From Helicobacter anseris (GTDB lineage Bacteria > Campylobacterota > Campylobacteria > Campylobacterales > Helicobacteraceae), in the NCBI RefSeq assembly GCF_003364335.1, contig NZ_NXLX01000001.1:1-64000 (forward strand): DNA of 64,000 nt, given 5' to 3'. A program made the translations under genes and the position numbers. This document shows, one piece after another, positions 57,575-64,000 of the stretch. A model generated the notes under the pieces. The model did not search any database. It was given only the letters and a program-made list of their open reading frames with translations, and had not been told where the DNA came from. The stretch's first letter is position 1. Each line of letters opens with the position of its first letter.

Positions 57575-58949
57575 AAATCATATCGTATTTTTTAGAAGTA
57601 TTGTTGGTGAAGAAGATTGCAAGGATGATGCTATCTATCTTAAAAGCTATGCCTATGATTCTACACGAGAGAGTTTTGAACCTCAATGTGTTATCTTTCC
57701 GAAAAATGAAGAGCAAATCTCTAAGATTCTTTGTTATTGTAATGAAAATTTTATCCCAGTAGTGCCTCGCGGTGCTGGTAGTGGTATGAGTGGGGGTGCT
57801 ATCTGTGCAAATGGTGGTGTGGTGCTTGCAATGGAAAAATATTTCAATCAGATTTTAGAAATTGATGAAAAAAATCTACTTGCAAGAGTGCAGCCTGCAG
57901 TTATCAATAAAACCTTTCAAAATGAAGTAGAAAAAGTGGGATTGTTTTATCCCCCAGATCCCGCATCTCAAGATTTTAGCACACTAGGTGGCAATGTGAG
58001 TGAAAATGCTGGAGGTATGCGAGCAGTAAAGTATGGCATTACAAAAGATTATGTTTTGGCACTTCGAGCAGTTTTACCAAATGGTGCGATCATTCAAACA
58101 GGAAAAAAAACCATTAAAGATGTTGCAGGTTATAATCTTAGTGGCCTTTTGTGTGGAAGCGAGGGGACATTAGCAGTTATTACAGAAATTACACTCAAAC
58201 TGCGAGTAAAACCTAAATTTACTCAAATGATGCTAGGACTTTTTGCAAGTATTGATTCTTGTATGCATGTAGTATATAAGATTTTATCAAGCGGGGTTAC
58301 ACCTGTGGCAATGGAGTTTTTGGATACCTTGACATTAAAAGCTGTGCAAAAAAAAATGCATAGAGTTTTTAGAGATGATGCTAAGGCTATTTTGATTATT
58401 CAAGTTGATGGAGAAATCCCTGAAATAATGGATTATCAGATTCAAAAGATTCAAGAAATTTTTTCACAAAATGAGTGCTTAGAATCTCATATCGCAAAGA
58501 ATACAACAGAGGCTCAAGAAATTTGGGCTATGCGTCGCAACGCTTCACAAAGTATCAGTATTTATGGCAAAAAAAAGCTAAATGAAGATATTACGGTGCC
58601 AAGAGGGAATCTCCCGTCTTTGCTTAAAGGTATAGAAGAGATTGGTAAAAAATATGGTTTTAAAATTGCTTGTTTTGGGCACGCTGGGGATGGCAATGTG
58701 CATACAAATGTGATGGTAGAAAATCCGCAAGATAATGCAGAATTAGAGAGAGGGTATCAAGCGGTTGAAGAGATTTTTAGGTTGGCAATTAAATTAGAGG
58801 GGACTTTGAGCGGAGAGCATGGAATAGGGTTGAGTAAAGCCCCATTTATGAAATTAGCCTTTAGTGATGCAGAAATGGAGCTTTTTAGGAATCTTAAAAA
58901 AGCTTTTGATCCAAATAATATTTTAAATCCAAAAAAGATGGGATTATAG
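57564..58949 (+). CDS. FAD-linked oxidase (GlcD / D-lactate dehydrogenase-like, PCMH-type FAD binding)
   Basis: ...VVPRGAGSGMSGGA... FAD-binding segment. 461 aa with the FAD-oxidase C-terminal domain. Confidence 0.85.
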   Translation: MLNKNHIVFFRSIVGEEDCKDDAIYLKSYAYDSTRESFEPQCVIFPKNEEQISKILCYCNENFIPVVPRGAGSGMSGGAICANGGVVLAMEKYFNQILEIDEKNLLARVQPAVINKTFQNEVEKVGLFYPPDPASQDFSTLGGNVSENAGGMRAVKYGITKDYVLALRAVLPNGAIIQTGKKTIKDVAGYNLSGLLCGSEGTLAVITEITLKLRVKPKFTQMMLGLFASIDSCMHVVYKILSSGVTPVAMEFLDTLTLKAVQKKMHRVFRDDAKAILIIQVDGEIPEIMDYQIQKIQEIFSQNECLESHIAKNTTEAQEIWAMRRNASQSISIYGKKKLNEDITVPRGNLPSLLKGIEEIGKKYGFKIACFGHAGDGNVHTNVMVENPQDNAELERGYQAVEEIFRLAIKLEGTLSGEHGIGLSKAPFMKLAFSDAEMELFRNLKKAFDPNNILNPKKMGL

Positions 58950-59906
58950 TTGTTTGAAAAACAGCATAAGGCATTATTGCAATGGTATGATGTTTGTGGA
59001 AGAAAACATTTACCTTGGAGAAACTTAGGTTTTGTTAATGGGAGTTACGGGGTATATATCAGTGAGATAATGTTGCAACAAACCCAAGTAAGTAGTGTGC
59101 TTGGCTATTATGAGCGTTTTTTGCAAAGATTTCCAACATTGCATTCTTTGAGTTTGGCAAGTGAAGATGAGGTTTTAGTTTTGTGGGCTGGGCTTGGATA
59201 TTATTCAAGGGCCAAAAATCTCTTAAAAACTGCCAAGATTCTAAAAGAAGCTTTACCAAATACAAAAGAAGCATTACTAAAACTTCCAGGAATCGGAGAA
59301 TATACTGCTGGTGCGATATTATGCTTTGGTTTTGGGCAAAGTGTGGCATTTTTTGATACAAATATCAAAAGGTTTTTGATGCGATTTTTTGCACTTCAAA
59401 ATCCAAAAGAAAAACAACTGCAAGAATTTGCACAAAAATTTTTAAATACAAAAGATTCTTTCAATCACAATCAAGCATTGTTGGATTTAGGGGCTTTAGT
59501 GTGTATTGCTTCAAATCCTAGATGTAATATTTGCCCTTTATATGATTTTTGTCAAGGAAAAAATGAGATTTCAAAACACACTTTAAAAAAACAAATATCT
59601 TATGAGCAAATTCAAATGCATTTGGGAATCTTTGAGCAAAATGGGCGTGTGGCAATGCTAAGAGATGAAAAATGGAATCATCTTTTTAGTTTTCCTGAAA
59701 TCTCCCCAAAAGATAGGCAAGCATTTGCAACTCTTAAGCATACAAGGACAAAATATAAAATCCAAGTTTTACTTTATCATCTATCTGCACAGCCTACTGA
59801 TACACAAATGATTGAAAAAGATAGTGAAAAATACCCTATGAGTAGCCTTAGTCTTAAAGTGTTAAAAGTTTTGGAGAAAAAAAGCTTAGAAAATCTAAGC
59901 TTTTAA
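58950..59906 (+). CDS. mutY: A/G-specific adenine DNA glycosylase
   Basis: HhH-GPD region (...LVLWAGLGYYSRAKNL...LPGIGEYTAGAI...) and the 4Fe-4S Cys cluster (C..ASNPRCNICPL..C). TTG start per track. Confidence 0.88.
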   Translation: MFEKQHKALLQWYDVCGRKHLPWRNLGFVNGSYGVYISEIMLQQTQVSSVLGYYERFLQRFPTLHSLSLASEDEVLVLWAGLGYYSRAKNLLKTAKILKEALPNTKEALLKLPGIGEYTAGAILCFGFGQSVAFFDTNIKRFLMRFFALQNPKEKQLQEFAQKFLNTKDSFNHNQALLDLGALVCIASNPRCNICPLYDFCQGKNEISKHTLKKQISYEQIQMHLGIFEQNGRVAMLRDEKWNHLFSFPEISPKDRQAFATLKHTRTKYKIQVLLYHLSAQPTDTQMIEKDSEKYPMSSLSLKVLKVLEKKSLENLSF

Positions 59907-59907
59907 T

Positions 59908-60492
59908 TTATTTAGGAGTGATTACCTTTGAAGGAAGGTAAGGTGGAGCAATTGCGATAAGCACTCTAAGGCTGATGGAAAATACAGGATCAAAATCACA
60001 AGGCAAAAGACCATAAGCCCTACCACCTTGTAAGTGAGGATTATCAAAAATACCAATACACTCATCGCTATCATTTACAAGAGAGCGTATTTGCACCGCA
60101 TCAGTTATTGTAGGAATGATAGAAAATACGGTTTCAAACTTTCCGCTATTGATATCATCATCGCAACCTTTTTGTGTAAAAAGTCCATCTTCACCTATGG
60201 CTAGACACAAAGAGCTGTCATAGGGTCTTAGAAACTGGATATATCCTAGAGGTGGGAGCTTGTCTTTGAGTTTATCCCTATTTTCCAAGCCTTTTGGCAA
60301 TTGTCTTACCTCTCTTATTCTCCAATTAAGATTTGTAGGATCTTCTGGATTTGGATCTATTGTGAGAATATCTCCTGAGAAGATGCTACGCAAGGCAAAT
60401 AATGGAGTATAGTCTGGTAAGTCTTCTGGTAAATCACGACAAAAAGCCGTGCTAATAAAAAGTATAGTAATTGTAAAAATTTTTTTTAGCAT
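59908..60492 (-). CDS. cdtC: Cytolethal distending toxin subunit C
   Basis: 194 aa, signal peptide with Cys (STAFC), ricin-B-lectin-like. Third gene of an A-B-C operon downstream of an unmistakable cdtB. Confidence 0.75.
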   Translation of the reverse strand: MLKKIFTITILFISTAFCRDLPEDLPDYTPLFALRSIFSGDILTIDPNPEDPTNLNWRIREVRQLPKGLENRDKLKDKLPPLGYIQFLRPYDSSLCLAIGEDGLFTQKGCDDDINSGKFETVFSIIPTITDAVQIRSLVNDSDECIGIFDNPHLQGGRAYGLLPCDFDPVFSISLRVLIAIAPPYLPSKVITPK

Positions 60493-60501
60493 AAAAACTC
60501 C

Positions 60502-61317
60502 TTAAAATTTTCCAAAACGCACAGGAAAGTGATCTGAAGCTAAATAGCTTTTGAGTGCTGCATTCATCAAAAGGGCTACTAATGCTGGAAGTGGTCCTAA
60601 AGCACCGCCTTGCGTAGGGGTATTGCCAATCAATGCATAATCAAGAGTTCTTCCTCCGCTGTGAGTAGGGATTCTGGGATCTAAAATACGGATATTATTT
60701 AAAACTCTGCGATCTAATCCTGCTTGCAATTCTGCTGGATTGCGGTTGAAATCTCCACCAATAAGCCAAGTAATTTCTGGTCTTCCATTAAAATGATCAT
60801 GCACTGCTGTGACAAGTGCTGGAGCATCATTACCGCCTCTTGCTAATGCATGCACATTAAAAAATGCGCTATTGCCAATCCTAATACCAATCGCAGGTCT
60901 TGTGAAGCCCGTAGTGATAGTTGTTTGATTGATAACAAATACTTCTTCTGCTTGCTGTCTTGAAACAATCGCTAGATTTACCCTTCTTGCCCCAACATCA
61001 ATATTTGAATAATAGATAAAAACATTATTCGGACGGGAGATAGAGCCTAGATTCCAAGTGTATTCTGCTATGGGGGTTCCGCCTGGTTGGATTACCCTGC
61101 CAGTTGGGGTTGCGCTTTGAGGTAGATTTCCTGCTTCTTGCACAAGTAAAATATCCACGGCATTTTCTCCAGAGATGAGCTGACGCACACTTACATTCCA
61201 TTTGCTCTCAGTCCCTGCTGATGCACCTTGTAGATTCCAAGTGCCTACTTTAAAATCTTCAATATTTGCAAAAATTGCATTGCTTAACAAAAAAAGACAA
61301 AGTAATATTTTTTTCAT
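60502..61317 (-). CDS. cdtB: Cytolethal distending toxin subunit B (DNase I-like nuclease)
   Basis: ...KVGTWNLQGASAGTESKWNVSVRQLISGENAVDILLVQEAG...VNLAIVSRQQAEEV...FFNVHALARGG...GDFNR...GGTLDYA...SDHFPV.... This is near-colinear with Campylobacter/Helicobacter CdtB, including all catalytic residues. Confidence 0.97.
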   Translation of the reverse strand: MKKILLCLFLLSNAIFANIEDFKVGTWNLQGASAGTESKWNVSVRQLISGENAVDILLVQEAGNLPQSATPTGRVIQPGGTPIAEYTWNLGSISRPNNVFIYYSNIDVGARRVNLAIVSRQQAEEVFVINQTTITTGFTRPAIGIRIGNSAFFNVHALARGGNDAPALVTAVHDHFNGRPEITWLIGGDFNRNPAELQAGLDRRVLNNIRILDPRIPTHSGGRTLDYALIGNTPTQGGALGPLPALVALLMNAALKSYLASDHFPVRFGKF

Positions 61318-61326
61318 TTTTATCCT

Positions 61327-62007
61327 TTATTTTTTTAGTCTAATCAGTGGTGCTGAACCCTCTTGCGGAGGAATGATAGCCCATTGTTGATCAGAGTTTT
61401 GCACTCCTGGTTGTGCGCATTGCACTAAAGAGATTTGATAATAGACAGTGTGTCTAAAAAGTGGAGTTTGCATACAAGTGCCATAAGCGGCATTTTGTAA
61501 CTGGACTGCTCCATTTTCAAAGTGATTGATTTTCCATCTTTGGTGTGAATCATTAGGGTTGCATTCTACATGAATCACGCCATTTACATATCCTGCAAGA
61601 CAAGTGCGCGTAATGGTGTTTTTGAATTGTAGGGTGCCATCTGATCCTGTGATGACTTGCCAATCAGTTATACTGCCAATACCCACTGCATCACGAGGAC
61701 CAAAACCAAAAATCCAATTCCCTGGAGCTGTTCCCCAAATAGTCAGAAGCCCTGCGCTGATGCTTACAATAGAAACTGTTCCTGTAATATCGATGGGGTC
61801 TTGTGGATTTGAAGAAGAGGTAAGAGTAGGCACTGAATTTGTCTGAGCGATTTTTCTATAACCTTTGAGATTTTCTAATCCTTGTTTTGTAGCTTCTGTG
61901 CGTTCTATTTTGTTTGATGGTGGGGTAGGCTCAATGGCATTTATATGGTAAGCCATTAAACCTAAACTCATCAAAAGAGTGGTGAATATTTTGTTGTATT
62001 TTTGCAT
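61327..62007 (-). CDS. cdtA: Cytolethal distending toxin subunit A
   Basis: 226 aa, signal peptide, ricin-type lectin-like C-terminal region (...QWKINHFENGAVQLQNAAYGTCMQTPLF...). First gene of the operon. Confidence 0.8.
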   Translation of the reverse strand: MQKYNKIFTTLLMSLGLMAYHINAIEPTPPSNKIERTEATKQGLENLKGYRKIAQTNSVPTLTSSSNPQDPIDITGTVSIVSISAGLLTIWGTAPGNWIFGFGPRDAVGIGSITDWQVITGSDGTLQFKNTITRTCLAGYVNGVIHVECNPNDSHQRWKINHFENGAVQLQNAAYGTCMQTPLFRHTVYYQISLVQCAQPGVQNSDQQWAIIPPQEGSAPLIRLKK

Positions 62008-62188
62008 CTATTTAAGCTCCCAATTTTTAAAATATACAAATTGAGATTGTATAGTAAAAAGATGGAATAAAAAATAAAAATAGATATTTCTAAAAATATT
62101 TTTATACAAACTCCAAAAAAAGCTTGAAAAAGACTAGGAATTTTTGATAACTTTTTGCAATATTTTAATTCAACATAAAGGGGATAAA

Positions 62189-62761
62189 ATGTTTCAGATG
62201 ATACAAAGTCAGTTGCAACCTACCCACGCTAAAGCGATGGGATATCACAATGAGAGTAATTTCAATAAAGCTCTTGAGGCTTTTAAGTCTAAAAAGACTC
62301 TTTTAGAATGGTTTGATAGTCAGTTTTATGATTTTGTGCATTTTCCACAAAGTTTTTATATTAAAGCTTCAGAAGTTTTAAAAATAGATGAAAGCAAAGT
62401 CCAAGAAGAGATGGATAAGGTCATCAAACATATTGAAGATAGAAAAAATTATGGCAAGAATGTATCTATCAAAACTCAAATCACACTTGATGAGATTAGA
62501 GCTAGGGGAGTGGGTTTCTTTAGCTTGATGGGTATAAATAACCAAAAAACGCTTTATATTCAAGATATTGAACGCTTTGTACTAAAACCTCAAGATGAAG
62601 TTATCAAGGGGTATGGTGAGATTGTCAAAAAGCACTATCAAGAAAATGCAGGGAAGCTTCAGTATCTAGGAGAGATATTGGAATATTGTGTGAATATTTG
62701 GGGGAAGGAATATCACTTTTCCCCACAAGGAGAGGTGGTGGAAGTTGTGGAGAGGGAATAA
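62189..62761 (+). CDS. Hypothetical cytoplasmic protein (unknown function), divergent from cdtA and convergent with the ATPase-Toprim gene
   Basis: Start at the ATG at 62189 (AAAGGGGA RBS), giving 190 aa. No recognisable motif. Confidence 0.45.
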   Translation: MFQMIQSQLQPTHAKAMGYHNESNFNKALEAFKSKKTLLEWFDSQFYDFVHFPQSFYIKASEVLKIDESKVQEEMDKVIKHIEDRKNYGKNVSIKTQITLDEIRARGVGFFSLMGINNQKTLYIQDIERFVLKPQDEVIKGYGEIVKKHYQENAGKLQYLGEILEYCVNIWGKEYHFSPQGEVVEVVERE

Positions 62762-62764
62762 TCA

Positions 62765-64000
62765 TCATTCCTCCACTGATTCTATTTTGAATGGCATATT
62801 TTTTAAAAAAATTTTTCTTAAATCATCGTCTGTGTTTAGGTTGTGTAATATCTTTTTTGCATATTGATAATCTTTTTTCCAACCAAATATTTCATCAATA
62901 TCTATAAGTAATCCTTTATGATTAAAAACCTTTAGAATTTCATAGTAATCATTGGTTTCAAATTTGTCAAGCACTTCTTTTATAATTTTTTCGCAGTCAA
63001 TTTTTTCTACATGAGAGAGGATTTTATTCTTCAATTTCTCTTCATCTATGTTTTTCTCTATATCTAAATCAATCTTTTTTAAATGAAATTCAAGCTCATT
63101 TTTAATAGATTGTTGAATTTGATTATTTTTTAAATTTTTATATTTTGTTTCAATAACAAAATTTTTAAATTTTGAGAACAATTCATTAGAATCTTTATCA
63201 TCAGCATATTTTCTTGCAAACCATAAAAAAACATCCTCAAGCAAAAATAGGTTTTCTACTTCAGCAACATTTAATGCAAAAATATTTTTTTCTTTAAGAC
63301 ATTGTAATTCATTTTCTGTTCTGAAATCCCTATCGATAATGCCATAGGCTTTATAGGTTTTATTAAAAATCTCTATTTCATTAAGTGCCTTTACCCTTTC
63401 AATTACTTTTTCACATCCTCCACAAGGGATTATAAAAAATTCAGAATAAAGTTTTTGATAGAGTTGAGTATCATAACTTTGTTTTTCTCCTTCAACAAAC
63501 AAGACATTTTTTCTCCCACCAAGAATTTCAAGTAACAAATCTTCAGGGAAATCATTTTGATATTTAAGCTCCTCATAATCCCACTTTTTTACATTATTCT
63601 CAATATTAAAAGATTTAACCCATATTTTTTTAGAATCCTGATGAAGTGAGGCAAATTCAATATCATGAGTAATGTAAATAAACAAGCAATCTGGTCTATA
63701 CTCCTCAAGTGCCAACCAAAGTTTATTCATAATGGATGGGTGCAAGTGCAATTCAGGCTCATCAATGATAATGGTTTTTCCCTCTCTAAGGCTTAAAACC
63801 TGTGCGATTAGATAAAGAACGGCTCTTTCTCCATCACTCATTTCTGTTGCAGAATATCTTGACTCTTCCTCTTTTTGACAAAAGAACTGATCGTTTTCTG
63901 CAATAATTTTCCTATGAGTAAAAACCTTTTTCCAAACTTGCTGAAGCTTATCTGTTGGACTTATGTAATTACGAACTATATTTACACATTTTTCATCTGA
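62765..64000 (-). CDS. Partial CDS (N-terminus off window): ABC/OLD-type ATPase fused to a C-terminal Toprim/DUF4435-like domain (PARIS AriAB-fusion / class-1 OLD-like)
   Basis: The frame is open from 64000 through the track ORF (no stop; ...VWKKVFTHRKIIAEND...ATEMSDGERAVLYL...). ABC signature-like SDGERA, Walker B/D-loop IIIDEPELHLH, H-loop ITHD. Then ...VLFVEGEKQSYD...IIPCGGCEKV...GIIDRDFR...ALNVAEVENL..., matching the E / DxD / E pattern of Toprim-like DUF4435/OLD C-terminal nuclease domains. Confidence 0.7.
   Translation of the reverse strand, partial: SDEKCVNIVRNYISPTDKLQQVWKKVFTHRKIIAENDQFFCQKEEESRYSATEMSDGERAVLYLIAQVLSLREGKTIIIDEPELHLHPSIMNKLWLALEEYRPDCLFIYITHDIEFASLHQDSKKIWVKSFNIENNVKKWDYEELKYQNDFPEDLLLEILGGRKNVLFVEGEKQSYDTQLYQKLYSEFFIIPCGGCEKVIERVKALNEIEIFNKTYKAYGIIDRDFRTENELQCLKEKNIFALNVAEVENLFLLEDVFLWFARKYADDKDSNELFSKFKNFVIETKYKNLKNNQIQQSIKNELEFHLKKIDLDIEKNIDEEKLKNKILSHVEKIDCEKIIKEVLDKFETNDYYEILKVFNHKGLLIDIDEIFGWKKDYQYAKKILHNLNTDDDLRKIFLKNMPFKIESVEE

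Noticed and set aside
1-64000. CRISPR arrays, rRNA genes, IS elements/transposases, integrases
   Set aside because: No regularly spaced direct repeats, no rRNA-like conserved stretches, and no transposase/integrase-like ORFs were seen. The only tRNA (4511-4601) is not flanked by an integrase.

Overview
This window looks like a low-GC (about 31-33%) epsilonproteobacterial chromosome segment, most like an enterohepatic Helicobacter (a cdtABC operon is present; serS, a TPR protein, uvrD, flgA, ubiX, coaD, tmk and comF lie in a Helicobacter-like order). It is densely coded on both strands, mostly with housekeeping genes. Some are standalone: glnA, mtnN (pfs), fabD, one tRNA-Ser(GCU), a DEAD-box helicase, ilvE, hisIE, rsmE, dnaE, glyQ, serS, uvrD/pcrA, ubiX, coaD, tmk and mutY. 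A haem/cytochrome-c cluster holds hemH, a thioredoxin-like lipoprotein, ccsBA, an unknown co-transcribed ORF, ccdA elsewhere, and a di-haem cytochrome c peroxidase. Accessory or surface content is interleaved. There are two tandem prepilin-like genes. An MBOAT plus DltD/AlgJ-like O-acyltransferase pair carries a G11 tract in the coding sequence. A very large S6-peptidase (SPATE/IgA-protease-like) autotransporter sits beside a TPP (THI-box) riboswitch that precedes a TonB-dependent receptor. An outer-membrane protein (OMP) gene has a G11 tract between its promoter elements. An orphan ThiS-like::ThiF fusion is present. An HxlR regulator with a secreted tandem SnoaL-like protein lies beside a Campylobacter-type arsP-arsR-arsC-acr3 arsenic-resistance operon. 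The cytolethal distending toxin operon cdtABC is inserted 1 bp from the mutY stop. At the right edge is a partial ABC/OLD-type ATPase fused to a Toprim/DUF4435-like domain (a PARIS/OLD-like anti-phage candidate) with a divergent unknown ORF. Three homopolymeric C11 tracts of identical length occur at 6002, 36916 and 37822. No rRNA, CRISPR array or recognisable IS/transposase was found. All calls rest on reading the supplied translations and sequence; no database search was possible.
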